Assembly (NCBI GenBank): GCA_947467605.1
Contig: CANIII010000001.1
Coordinates: 125,241 to 189,240, forward strand
Direction: 5' to 3'
DNA length: 64,000 nucleotides
Source: Acidobacteriota bacterium
GTDB taxonomy: Bacteria; Acidobacteriota; Vicinamibacteria; Vicinamibacterales; SCN-69-37
Positions 1 to 9,371 of this stretch are shown one piece after another; positions within the stretch are counted from its first letter, which is position 1; every line of letters begins with the position of its first letter. The notes under the pieces were generated by a model that ran no database searches, was not told where the DNA came from, and worked only from the letters and a program-made list of their open reading frames with translations. The position numbers and the translations under genes were made by a program.

Positions 1-486
1 CGCCCACTCGCTCAGGTTCGTCTTGCCAAGAATCACGGCGCCAGCAGCGCGCATCCGCTGCACGATGAACGCATCGGCCGGAGGCGTGATGCCCTCGAGC
101 GCGAGTGAGCCGGCGGTGGTCATCATCCTGTCGGCCGTGGCGATGTTGTCTTTGATGAGAATCGGCACGCCGTGCAGCGGACCGCGCGGGCCCTTGGCCT
201 TGCGCTCGGCATCAAGCGCGTCAGCAATCGCTCGCGCTTCAGGATTGACCTCGATCACGCTGCGCAGTGACGGACCGGCCGCATCAATCTCCGCGATCCG
301 CGCGAGGTATTTATCGACAAGCGATCGCGCCGTGTCCTGCCCGGTCTCCATTCGCTTCTGTAAATCCGCGACGGTCGCTTCCTCCAGATCGAACGCGACG
401 GCCGCCGTCTTTATCGGCGCTGACGGTTGAGCGCAGGCGGCCGCTATGGACGCCGCGAGCAGCAGAACGAGTGGCAGTCGTCGCAT
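1..486 (-). CDS. Amidase-signature family amidase, N-terminal part (gene runs off the left edge)
   Basis: Absent from the ORF track because it is open at the window edge. My own minus-strand translation from the ATG at 486 gives MRRLPLVLLLAASIAAACAQ (signal peptide) ... GPLHGVPILIKDNIATADRMMTTAGSLALEG ... AVILGKTNLSEWA, a typical amidase-signature N-terminal region. The start lies 2 nt after the stop of ORF 489..2048. Confidence 0.75.
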   Translation of the reverse strand, partial: MRRLPLVLLLAASIAAACAQPSAPIKTAAVAFDLEEATVADLQKRMETGQDTARSLVDKYLARIAEIDAAGPSLRSVIEVNPEARAIADALDAERKAKGPRGPLHGVPILIKDNIATADRMMTTAGSLALEGITPPADAFIVQRMRAAGAVILGKTNLSEWA

Positions 487-488
487 GA

Positions 489-2048
489 CTAGGTCTCGTA
501 TTCCTCTGTCGGCATCTTGAACGCTTTGGCGAGTTCGGGATCACCGGCGTTGCCGAGCACACGCATGGCGATGTACTCGCCGACGACGGGACCGAACTTG
601 AAGCCTTCGGACTGGCCGAGACCGGCGACCCACGCGTTATCGGTATCAGGCAGGTGGTCGATGATGAAGTTACGGTTCACGCTGCCTTCGTAGTGGCACG
701 CGCGCGTCTCGGAAAGCGGCGCGTCTTTGAGGAGCGGAAACCGCCGCGCGAGAAAACGCCGCGAGCCGTCAATGCGCTCCTGCGACATCCACCGTGAGCT
801 GAGATCCGGATCGGTCAGTGTCGGATCTGGTGGCGGTGCCGGCGTGGCCGGCGCCGCGCCCGCTGACGGTGTCGTGGCCGCAGCGCCACCCTGACGGCCG
901 GCGCCGCCCTGACGCCCTGCGGCAGGTGGAGGCAGCGGTGTGGCTGGTGCGTCCGAGGGACGAGGCTTCGGAGGAGTCACGGGCGGCTGCGCGCCCTGCG
1001 CGGGCAGCGTGGCTGCGGGTGGAGTGGCTCCGGCGGTTGGCGGGGTGCCCGCGGCTGGGGTGGCAGTGGGAGCCGCGGGCGCGGCGATCGCGCCGCGCAC
1101 CCGGAAGCCGCGGTTGTCGACCGGCAGCCCCACCCATCCGGTCACACCCGGAAAGTTGTAGCTCGGCATGTTCGGATAGGTGAACCGCATGTCGCCGACC
1201 GGCGTGCCGAAGTAGCACACGTAACCGAGCGGCACCCGCACGCGATTCTTCAAATACGGGAACAACTTGCCGAGCCACGGACCGCACGCGAACACGTACG
1301 CGTCGCCGCGCACAATCGAGCCGTCATCGAAAATCACGCCGTCCATCTTGTTGTTGACGATGAGGCCAGGACGCACGCGACCAATCCGCAGCGTCACGCC
1401 TTCTTTCTGCGCGATCGCGGCAACCGCGAGCGTGGACGCACGGGCACGCGCTACGCCAGCGTCCGGCTCATAGATGGCGATCGTCGTGTCGTCGTTGTTC
1501 ATCTGCGGCCATCGCTTGCGCACGTCGTCGCCCGTCAGCACGTCATGTTTCACGCCCTGCGCGGTCCAGAGCTCACGCGTGCGCTTGGTGAAGGGCTCGT
1601 CGGCAGCACGACAGATAACATCGCCCGTCTCCATAAAGAAGCGTGTGCGGAAGACTGGCGCCCATTCCTTGTCGAACTCATGCCACCGCGCGATCGCGGT
1701 GCGCGCCCACTTGGTCCACAGCGGCGCGGTCTCGTCGGCGCGATCGCCGTACGACGACCGAATGCCGCGTGTCTCATCCGCGCTCGTCGCGCGTGAGTTC
1801 GCGGGGCCATATTGGTCCACGAGCGTGACCCGCACGCCGCTCTTGCGCAGGTGATATGCCGTCCACCCGCCCCATGCGCCTGCGCCAATCACGATGACGT
1901 GATCCGGGCTGCCCGAGCGCTTCTTCGGCTTCTCGATGCCAGGGGCCTGCGTGAACTTCTGCGCGAACGCACCCGCAGTGCCGGCACCGGCCAGGTGAAG
2001 GAATTCGCGTCGATCGAGGCCGGAAGAATTGTCAGAAGAGTCGGACAT
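489..2048 (-). CDS. Tat-exported FAD-dependent oxidoreductase (DAO/sarcosine-oxidase-like) with an internal Pro/Ala-rich insertion
   Basis: Track ORF of 519 aa. It has a twin-arginine motif (DRREFLHLAGAGTAGAFA) followed by a Rossmann GxGxxG (VIVIGAGAWGG). The C-terminal part (CHYEGSVNRNFIIDHLP ... GFKFGPVVGEYIA) fits the DAO family. Confidence 0.8.
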   Translation of the reverse strand: MSDSSDNSSGLDRREFLHLAGAGTAGAFAQKFTQAPGIEKPKKRSGSPDHVIVIGAGAWGGWTAYHLRKSGVRVTLVDQYGPANSRATSADETRGIRSSYGDRADETAPLWTKWARTAIARWHEFDKEWAPVFRTRFFMETGDVICRAADEPFTKRTRELWTAQGVKHDVLTGDDVRKRWPQMNNDDTTIAIYEPDAGVARARASTLAVAAIAQKEGVTLRIGRVRPGLIVNNKMDGVIFDDGSIVRGDAYVFACGPWLGKLFPYLKNRVRVPLGYVCYFGTPVGDMRFTYPNMPSYNFPGVTGWVGLPVDNRGFRVRGAIAAPAAPTATPAAGTPPTAGATPPAATLPAQGAQPPVTPPKPRPSDAPATPLPPPAAGRQGGAGRQGGAAATTPSAGAAPATPAPPPDPTLTDPDLSSRWMSQERIDGSRRFLARRFPLLKDAPLSETRACHYEGSVNRNFIIDHLPDTDNAWVAGLGQSEGFKFGPVVGEYIAMRVLGNAGDPELAKAFKMPTEEYET

Positions 2049-2064
2049 GCGCGTGTGTTATAGC

Positions 2065-2511
2065 ATGGGCGCGATGTTCGTTCGCTCTCTCATTCCTGCA
2101 CTGTTGTTTGTACTTCTCGCGGCGAGCCGAACCACCGCTTCGCTCGCGCAGACGCCGGCTGCGCCTGCGGGCAGCCCGATCACGTTCACTGAGGAGCAGG
2201 CGGGTCAAGGCGCCGAAGTCTTCAGCCGTGCGTGCTTGTCATGCCATCCACGCAAAGACATGAGCAACATCGACTTTCGCGTGAAGTGGAACGGCCGTAC
2301 GGCATTCGACTTCCTGGAGCTCGTGCGCTCGACGATGCCGCAGGACAGCCCGGGCTCACTCGCGCGCGAAGATTACGTTGGCCTGACGGCGTATGTGGCG
2401 AAGCTGAACGGTGTGGCCCCCGGCAGCGTGGTGCTGCCGGAGGATGAAGCGAGTCTTAAGAAACTGATCCTGACGTTCCCTGCTCTACTTTTCGATCAGC
2501 GGCACCACTGA
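2065..2511 (+). CDS. Small exported c-type cytochrome
   Basis: Track ORF 2029..2511. I prefer the Met at 2065 (MGAMFVRSLIPALLFVLLAAS signal peptide). It has a single haem motif CxxCH (CLSCH). It is divergent from 489..2048 with only about 16 nt between the start codons, so the start is uncertain. Confidence 0.7.
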   Translation: MGAMFVRSLIPALLFVLLAASRTTASLAQTPAAPAGSPITFTEEQAGQGAEVFSRACLSCHPRKDMSNIDFRVKWNGRTAFDFLELVRSTMPQDSPGSLAREDYVGLTAYVAKLNGVAPGSVVLPEDEASLKKLILTFPALLFDQRHH

Positions 2512-5397
2512 GAACGACTGCGCGGTGCCGACGGCCGTGAACGTGCCGTTGACAACTTTGCCGATCGTGGCTGTGTATTTGCCCTGAGTGATCGCAGCCC
2601 CGCCACCACCGCCGCCTCGACCGCCGCCACCGCCACCACCTGCGCGGCCAGCGCGACCCGCAGGGGCCGCCGGTGCCGCAGGATCACCAGCCGCGGGCGC
2701 GGGCGCCGGTGGCGGTGCACTGGTCAAGTTCCACACGACGCGCTTCACGCCGGGATCGTTCGAGAGATCCAGGCGCCGCACATCACGGCCCGTGGCGTCC
2801 TTGATCGCAATCGCCCAGGTGGCACCCGCCGGCGCGGCCGCGCGCAGCTGATACGTGAGAATCGCGCCGTATGGCGGATTGGGCGCTGCCCAGTCGCTGA
2901 GGGGTGCGCGGAACTCATTGTGAACCGAGTACTGATACGAATTGCGCAGCGGGAAGAGCTCCGCGTCCTGCGCCATCGACTGCGCCGTGACACCGCGCAG
3001 CGCGCTGTAGTCGTCGAGCACGTAGAAGCTGCGGCCAAACGTGCCGAGCACCAGATCGTTCTCGCGTTTCTGAATGTCGAGGTCGCGCACCTGAATCGTC
3101 GGCAGGCCGCCCTTGAGCTGCACCCACTGGCCGCCGCCATCCACCGTGAAGAACAAGCCGTACTCCGTGCCGAGGAAGAGCAGGTTCGGATTCACAAAAT
3201 CCTGAACGATCGCCCACGTCGGATGGCGATCCGGCAGGTTATGCGTCACGTTCGTGAACGTCTTGCCTCGATCCGTGCTCTTCAGCACGTACGGCTTGTA
3301 GTCGCCGCGCTGCCAGTTGTTCAGCGTGACGTAGACGACGTTCGCGTCAAGCGGTGAGGCCATGACGTCGGACACGTACGTGAACTTCGGCACTCCCGGA
3401 AAATCTTCCGTCTTGCGCCACGTCTTGCCACCGTCCTCGGTGGCCTGCAACACACCGTCGTCCGTGCCGACGAAAATCAGACCCGCAACTTTCGGCGACT
3501 CGTCGATCGACACAATGTTGCTGAGCGCGGTGGTGGCGCGGTTGAAGCCGACCGTCGTCTTCGGGTCCCACTGTTTGCCCATGATCGGCACTTCGCCAGC
3601 GTCGAGACGACGCGTGAGATCGGGGCTGATGCGCGTCCAGCTATCGCCGCGATCGTTACTCTGATAGAGGTAGTTCGTCGCCCAGAGCAGGCTCTTCGCG
3701 TTGTGCGGGCTCACGATGTAGGGCGCATCCCAGTTGGCGCGCTCGTTTTCGAAACCACCGCCACCGCCACGACCGCCCGTTGACGCCGGAATTGCGCTGC
3801 CGTCAGCGTTCTTGGTGTTCGCTGGATTCGGACGAATCGACTTGGACGCGCCGGTTCTCAGATCCATCCGCGTGATCGCCCCGTTCTGCGACGTCGCGTA
3901 GGTGTAGTTCGGGTCGTCTGTGTCGCTGCGCGTGGTGAAACCATCACCGCCGCCCGTGACGTAGACGTCGCTGTTGCGAATACCGACGCTATTGCGCGTC
4001 CGGCTCGGCGCACAGAACGCGCCGTTGTCCTGCGTGCCGCCGCAGATCCGGTAAAACGGCGTCATGTTGTCGACCGACACGCGATAGAACTGCGAGATCG
4101 GCAGGTTCGTGAAGTGGCTCCAGACCTTGCCTTCGTCGTACGACTCCCACAAGCCGCCGTCGTTGCCGAGAATGAAGTGATTGCGGTCGCTCGGATCCGG
4201 CCAGATCACATGATGGTCCACGTGCACGCCCTGCAGCGGAAACACGCCCCAGGTCTTGCCGCCGTCGGTGCTGCGCTCAAGGTTCGTGCTCATCGCATAC
4301 AGCGTGTCGGGGCGGATCGGATCGACGAAGAACTCGTTGTAGTAGCCAGGATCGGCGTTCATGTACCAGTTGCCGCTGTCTTCCTGCACGGCATCCTGCT
4401 CTTCTTCTTCAGCATTGCGATCGCTCTGCGCCACGTCGTCATCCACCGACGCTCCGCCGGGAGGCGTGCCGGCCGCGCGCTTGCCGATGCGCGCCCACGT
4501 GCCGCCCTGATCGTCTGAACGATAGAAGCCGCGCTCGGCCGCGAGACCATCGACCATGGCATAGACGCGCGTCGGCTTGACCTTCGCATCGACAGCGAGA
4601 TTGATACGGCCCATGTCGTTCTTCGGTAGGCCATTCGTCAGCTTCGTCCACGTCTGGCCCGCGTTCGTGGATTTGTAGACGCCGCTCTCCGGACCGCCGC
4701 CGACGAACTGGCCGACCGCTCGGCGCCGCTGCCACAGTGATGCGTAGAGCGTGTCCGGGTTAGCGGGATCGATCACGAGCTCATTTGCGCCCGTGTCCGC
4801 GCTGGCCGTCAGAATCCCCTTCCACGTCTTGCCACCGTCGGTCGTCTTAAAGACGCCGCGCTCGCCGCCAGCGGACCACAACGGGCCCTGTGCCGTCACA
4901 TAGACGACGTTGGAATTACGCGGATCGATGGCGATGTTACCGATGTGCTCAGAGGTGGCGAGCGCCACGCGCGTCCACGACCCGCCGGCGTCTGTCGACT
5001 TGTAGAGGCCGTCACCGATCATGGCCGAGCGCGGGTTCGAGTTCTCGCCGGTGCCGAGCCACAGGATGTTCGAGTCCTTCGGATCGACCACGATGCAGCA
5101 CATGTTGTAGGAGCCGCCGTTGTCGAACATCGACGTCCAGGTCGTGCCGCGGTTCATGCTCTTCCACGCGCCACCAGCGGCCGTGGCAACGTAATAGATG
5201 TTGTTGTTTTTCGGATCGACCGCGAAGTCGGCGACCCGGCCCGTGATGAGCGACGGCCCGACGCTGCGCAACCGAAGGCCCTCGAAGACCGATGGCGTCA
5301 TGCGGTCATTGGCAGGGGTCTGTCCGAACGGTACGGCCACAGCGGCGGCGACAAACAGGGCGGCGGCCGCAAGAACGAGCGTCAATCGTTGTTTCAT
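2485..5397 (-). CDS. Secreted Sortilin/VPS10-type BNR (Asp-box) repeat protein, glycosidase-like double propeller
   Basis: Track ORF trimmed to Met-30 (MKQRLTLVLAAAALFVAAAVA signal peptide). It carries many Sx[DN]xGxTW Asp-boxes: STDAGGSWT, TTDGGKTWK, STNAGQTWT, SDDQGGTWA, STDGGKTWG, SNDRGDSWT, TEDGGKTWR, STDRGKTFT. A Pro/Ala then poly-Gly tract lies near the C-terminus. Confidence 0.8.
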   Translation of the reverse strand: MKQRLTLVLAAAALFVAAAVAVPFGQTPANDRMTPSVFEGLRLRSVGPSLITGRVADFAVDPKNNNIYYVATAAGGAWKSMNRGTTWTSMFDNGGSYNMCCIVVDPKDSNILWLGTGENSNPRSAMIGDGLYKSTDAGGSWTRVALATSEHIGNIAIDPRNSNVVYVTAQGPLWSAGGERGVFKTTDGGKTWKGILTASADTGANELVIDPANPDTLYASLWQRRRAVGQFVGGGPESGVYKSTNAGQTWTKLTNGLPKNDMGRINLAVDAKVKPTRVYAMVDGLAAERGFYRSDDQGGTWARIGKRAAGTPPGGASVDDDVAQSDRNAEEEEQDAVQEDSGNWYMNADPGYYNEFFVDPIRPDTLYAMSTNLERSTDGGKTWGVFPLQGVHVDHHVIWPDPSDRNHFILGNDGGLWESYDEGKVWSHFTNLPISQFYRVSVDNMTPFYRICGGTQDNGAFCAPSRTRNSVGIRNSDVYVTGGGDGFTTRSDTDDPNYTYATSQNGAITRMDLRTGASKSIRPNPANTKNADGSAIPASTGGRGGGGGFENERANWDAPYIVSPHNAKSLLWATNYLYQSNDRGDSWTRISPDLTRRLDAGEVPIMGKQWDPKTTVGFNRATTALSNIVSIDESPKVAGLIFVGTDDGVLQATEDGGKTWRKTEDFPGVPKFTYVSDVMASPLDANVVYVTLNNWQRGDYKPYVLKSTDRGKTFTNVTHNLPDRHPTWAIVQDFVNPNLLFLGTEYGLFFTVDGGGQWVQLKGGLPTIQVRDLDIQKRENDLVLGTFGRSFYVLDDYSALRGVTAQSMAQDAELFPLRNSYQYSVHNEFRAPLSDWAAPNPPYGAILTYQLRAAAPAGATWAIAIKDATGRDVRRLDLSNDPGVKRVVWNLTSAPPPAPAPAAGDPAAPAAPAGRAGRAGGGGGGGRGGGGGGAAITQGKYTATIGKVVNGTFTAVGTAQSFSVVPLIEK

Positions 5398-5429
5398 GGC
5401 TCGGATTCTCGCATAAATCGATGAGCCGC

Positions 5430-7286
5430 TCAGTGTTTCAGGCGACCCGTCGATTCGAGGAAGTGCACGATCTGGTCCACGCACTCCTGGAGGGGAGTGT
5501 CGGACGTGTCGAGCGTGAGCTCTGGCGCTTCCGGCGCCTCATAGGGGGAGGTCACGCCCGTAAAGTGCGGCACCGACCCGCGGCGCGCCTTCACGTAGAG
5601 CCCCTTGGGATCTCGCGTCTCGCAGACCTCGAGCGGCGTGCTCATGTAAATCTCCACGAACGCACCATCACCCACCAGGTCGCGAACCATGCGCCGATCG
5701 CTGCGAAACGGCGAAATGAAGGCCGTGATCGCGATGATGCCGGCATCCACAAAGAGCTTGGCCACTTCGCCGATGCGCCGGATGTTCTCCACCCGGCCGG
5801 CGTCCGTGAAATCAAGATCGCGATTCAGACCGTGGCGCACGTTGTCGGCATCCAGCAGATAGCTATGGTGCCCGCGCAGGAACAACGCCTGCTCGAGCGC
5901 ATTCGCCACCGTGGACTTGCCCGACGCGCTCAGGCCCGTGAACCACAACACACAGGGTTGCTGGCTCTTCTGATTGGCGCGCTGCTGCCGCGTCACTCGC
6001 GTCGGATGCCAGACGATGTCAGGGGATGATTCCGCGGCGACACGCGTCACTGGCCGTCGAATCATGCCGGCGCCGACCGTCCCACAATGCAGGCGGTCGA
6101 TCAGAATGAAAGCGCCCATCGCGCGGCACGTATCGTAGGTGTCAAAGGCAACCACCTCAGCCAGCACGAGCCGACACATCGCCATCTCGTTGAGCGCGAG
6201 CTCCTCGGCCGGATGCGTGCTGAGATCGTTGACGTCGATGCGCGCATGGATCGCCTCAACTGTGGCGACGACGGTCCTCGTGCCGATCTTGAGTTCGTAC
6301 TGTTTGCCGACGAGGAGCGGCGCGTCCGCCATCCAGATCACGTGCGCGTCGAAGCGATCCGCCATGCTCGGTGCGCGGTCGCAATGCACGACCACATCGC
6401 CCCGACTGACATCGATTTCGTCGTCGAGTGTGATGGTGACCGCGTCGCCGGCGTGCGCGTCCTGACCTTCACCGTGCGCGGTGACGATCGCCTTCACGTG
6501 ACTCATGCGCCTCGACGGCAGCGCCATGATGGCGTCGCCCACGCGCACATGTCCGGCTTCGATCGTGCCCGCGTATCCCCGAAAGCCGGCGTGCGGCCGA
6601 TTCACGAACTGCACAGGGAACCGCAGGTCCTGCAGCGCTCCGTCGTGCGAGACGTCGAGCGTGTCGAGAATCTCCAGCACGGGAGCGCCCGAATACCACG
6701 GCATCGCGGTGCTTGGCGTGACGACGTTGTCGCCCTTCAGCGCAGAGATGGGCACCACGCGCACATCGGTAATACCGAGCCGGTGCAGGCACTGTTCGCA
6801 CTCGGTACGAATGCGGTCGAAGATGTCCTGGCGATAGTCGACCAGATCCATCTTGTTGACCGCGACTACAACATGTTTAATGCCGATGAGCGACACGATG
6901 AAGGCGTGGCGGCGGGTCTGCACCTGCATGCCGCGCGTGGCATCCACCAGGATGACCGCCGCGTCGGCGGTCGAGGCACCAGTCACCATGTTGCGGGTGT
7001 ACTGCGCGTGGCCGGGCGTATCGGCCACGATGAACGTTCGCCGTGCGGTGCTGAAATAGCGATACGCGACGTCGATCGTAATGCCCTGCTCGCGCTCGGC
7101 CTGCAGACCATCAACAAGCAGCGCAAGATCGAGCTCCGCGCCGGTCGTGCCCCACCGCGCGCTGTCGCTCCGCACCGCGGCCAACTGATCCGCGAGAATC
7201 GTGTGACTGTCGTACAACAACCGACCGATCAGGCTGCTCTTGCCGTCGTCTACGCTGCCGCACGTGATGAAGCGCAGCAGCGACAT
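5430..7286 (-). CDS. cysNC: Bifunctional sulfate adenylyltransferase subunit 1 / adenylylsulfate kinase (CysN-CysC fusion)
   Basis: Track ORF trimmed to the Met at 7286 ([24 protein letters not shown], GTPase G1). DTPGH and NKMD motifs mark the CysN GTPase. A C-terminal P-loop (FTGLSASGKST) marks the APS kinase. The ATG overlaps the cysD stop by 1 nt (TAATG). Confidence 0.9.
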   Translation of the reverse strand: MSLLRFITCGSVDDGKSSLIGRLLYDSHTILADQLAAVRSDSARWGTTGAELDLALLVDGLQAEREQGITIDVAYRYFSTARRTFIVADTPGHAQYTRNMVTGASTADAAVILVDATRGMQVQTRRHAFIVSLIGIKHVVVAVNKMDLVDYRQDIFDRIRTECEQCLHRLGITDVRVVPISALKGDNVVTPSTAMPWYSGAPVLEILDTLDVSHDGALQDLRFPVQFVNRPHAGFRGYAGTIEAGHVRVGDAIMALPSRRMSHVKAIVTAHGEGQDAHAGDAVTITLDDEIDVSRGDVVVHCDRAPSMADRFDAHVIWMADAPLLVGKQYELKIGTRTVVATVEAIHARIDVNDLSTHPAEELALNEMAMCRLVLAEVVAFDTYDTCRAMGAFILIDRLHCGTVGAGMIRRPVTRVAAESSPDIVWHPTRVTRQQRANQKSQQPCVLWFTGLSASGKSTVANALEQALFLRGHHSYLLDADNVRHGLNRDLDFTDAGRVENIRRIGEVAKLFVDAGIIAITAFISPFRSDRRMVRDLVGDGAFVEIYMSTPLEVCETRDPKGLYVKARRGSVPHFTGVTSPYEAPEAPELTLDTSDTPLQECVDQIVHFLESTGRLKH

Positions 7287-8167
7287 TAGAAGTAGCCCTC
7301 GCGCTTCTTGCGCTCCATAGAGCCCGCCTGATCGTGGTCGATCGCGCGGCCGTAGCGCTCTGAGGTCGTGGTGACGAGCACTTCGTCGATGATCTCGGGC
7401 ACGGTCGTTGCCGTCGACCTGATCGCGCCCGTCAGTGGGTAACAACCGAGCGTTCTGAAACGCACCATTTCGGTGCGCGGCTGTTCATGCTCCGTCAACG
7501 GCAAGCGGTCATCGTCAACCATGATCAGCAGGCCGTCGCGATCGACGACGGGACGCGGGGCCGCAAAGTAGAGCGGCACGACCGGAATCTGTTCTCGGTG
7601 GATGTAGCGCCAGACGTCGAGCTCGGTCCAGTTCGAGAGCGGAAACACACGAAGGCTCTCGCCGGGACGCACGCGCGTGTTGTAGAGGCGCCAGAGTTCC
7701 GGCCGCTGATTCTTCGGATCCCATCGATGGCCGTCGCGAAAGGAACAGACGCGCTCCTTGGCGCGCGACGTCTCTTCATCTCGCCTCGCGCCGCCAAACG
7801 CCGCGTCGAATCCGTGCGTCGACAGCGCCTGGCGCAACGCCTCTGTCTTCATGATGTCGGTGTAGGCGCGGCTCCCGTGTGTGAAGGGCGAGACGCCAGA
7901 CGCGCGGCCTTCAGCGTTGTGGTGCACCAACAGATTGAGATCCATCTCGCGTACCACACGATCTCGATGCGCGATCATCGCCTGAAACTTCCAGCCTGTG
8001 TCCACATGCAACAGCGGGAACGGCAGGGGCGCTGGCGCAAACGCCTTCTTCGCCAGATGCAGCATCACCGACGAATCTTTGCCGATCGAGAACAGCATCA
8101 CCGGCTTGGCGCACTCGGCGACCACTTCGCGGATGATGTGGATGCTCTCCGCCTCGAGTTCGTTCAT
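7286..8167 (-). CDS. cysD: Sulfate adenylyltransferase subunit 2
   Basis: Track ORF trimmed to the Met at 8167 ([19 protein letters not shown]). It has the PP-loop-like motif [12 protein letters not shown]. Overall it looks like CysD and is translationally coupled to cysNC. Confidence 0.9.
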   Translation of the reverse strand: MNELEAESIHIIREVVAECAKPVMLFSIGKDSSVMLHLAKKAFAPAPLPFPLLHVDTGWKFQAMIAHRDRVVREMDLNLLVHHNAEGRASGVSPFTHGSRAYTDIMKTEALRQALSTHGFDAAFGGARRDEETSRAKERVCSFRDGHRWDPKNQRPELWRLYNTRVRPGESLRVFPLSNWTELDVWRYIHREQIPVVPLYFAAPRPVVDRDGLLIMVDDDRLPLTEHEQPRTEMVRFRTLGCYPLTGAIRSTATTVPEIIDEVLVTTTSERYGRAIDHDQAGSMERKKREGYF

Positions 8168-8215
8168 GCAGGGAGAGTGTACTATCGTGCCTTCACCAAC
8201 CGGCGAACGAGCCCA

Positions 8216-9358
8216 ATGAATTGCAGACACTTCGGCACCTGTGGCAGTTGCTCGCTCGTGGCGCCATACGACGAGCAACTGGAGCGCAAACGGACCTGGC
8301 TCCGCGAGTTGCTCGGCGTGGACGCACCGCCGCTCGTGCCGTCACCGGGCGAGTCGGGCTTCCGGCACAAAGCGGCGTTCGTCTTTGGATCACCGCCGCG
8401 CGGTCGCGGGCTCCTCATGGGGCATTACGCCGCGGGCTCCAACCGCATCGTCCCCGTCGACGAGTGCCCGGTCCACAGCGCGCGCGCGAATCAGATCGCG
8501 TTCAACCTTCGCGATCGCCTCATGCGCGCGAACGTCGGCGCCGCTGATGCGCCGGGCGGCGTGCTGCGCCACCTCATCGTGCGCACGACGTCTGACGAGC
8601 GCGAAGCCGTGGCGATGCTGGTCGTCTCGCACAACGACAAGTCGTTGCGCACACCGGTGAAAGGACTCCTCTCCTCACCCGACGCGCCCGATGGCTTCTT
8701 CATCAATATCAACACGCGGCCGGGGCCGATGATGGTTGGCGGAGAGACGCTGAAGATCGCGGGCCGCAGCCACGTGCGCGAGCGCGGCATTACCGGACGC
8801 AACGGCGAGCCGCTCGTGGATTTTCTGGTGTCGCCAGACGCGTTCTTTCAGACCAATGTAGGGGCGGCGAAAGAGTTGGTGGCGCTCGTTCTCGATGCGG
8901 TGCCGGACACGGGGCGCGTGCTCGATCTCTACTGCGGCAGCGGCTTGTTCACGCTCCCGCTCGCCAAGCGTGGCGCGACCGTGACGGCCGTCGAAGAGAA
9001 CCGTACGGCCATTGACGACCTCAACACCAACATCCGGCTCAATCGACTCGACGCGAATCACATCCGCGCGATCGCCGGCCGGGTGGAAGACACGATCGAT
9101 CGTGTCTCCAGCGCGCGCTACGACGCGGTCGTCATCGATCCACCGCGCGATGGCTGTGCGCCCGGCGTGCTGTCGGCGGTCTTCGAACAACTCGCACCGC
9201 CGAAGGCGGTCTATGTCTCGTGCAATCCGGAAGTGCTCGCGCACGACCTGCAAACCATCACGAAGGCCGGCTATCGCGTCGACCGCGTGCAGGGCGTCGA
9301 CATGTTCCCGTACACGGACCACATCGAGACCGTGGTCACGCTGACGCGGACACGGTAG
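8216..9358 (+). CDS. RumA/TrmA-family SAM-dependent RNA (uracil-5)-methyltransferase (no TRAM domain)
   Basis: Only the 3' part of track ORF 7487..9358 is genic; the upstream part is antisense to cysD. The start is the ATG at 8216 ([13 protein letters not shown]), with a Cys cluster like the RumA Fe-S site. SAM motif: [15 protein letters not shown]. Catalytic region: DPPRDG ... YVSCNP. Confidence 0.85.
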   Translation: MNCRHFGTCGSCSLVAPYDEQLERKRTWLRELLGVDAPPLVPSPGESGFRHKAAFVFGSPPRGRGLLMGHYAAGSNRIVPVDECPVHSARANQIAFNLRDRLMRANVGAADAPGGVLRHLIVRTTSDEREAVAMLVVSHNDKSLRTPVKGLLSSPDAPDGFFININTRPGPMMVGGETLKIAGRSHVRERGITGRNGEPLVDFLVSPDAFFQTNVGAAKELVALVLDAVPDTGRVLDLYCGSGLFTLPLAKRGATVTAVEENRTAIDDLNTNIRLNRLDANHIRAIAGRVEDTIDRVSSARYDAVVIDPPRDGCAPGVLSAVFEQLAPPKAVYVSCNPEVLAHDLQTITKAGYRVDRVQGVDMFPYTDHIETVVTLTRTR

Positions 9359-9371
9359 CATCCGCCGTTTC

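Noticed and set aside
7487-8215. N-terminal extensions of several track ORFs: 7487..9358, 61990..63234, 61324..62877, 54451..55911, 5430..7445, 33902..35539, and 39490..40158.
   Set aside because: The upstream portions lie inside or antisense to neighbouring genes and lack the family N-terminal motifs. Internal starts give canonical N-termini and typical stop/start overlaps.
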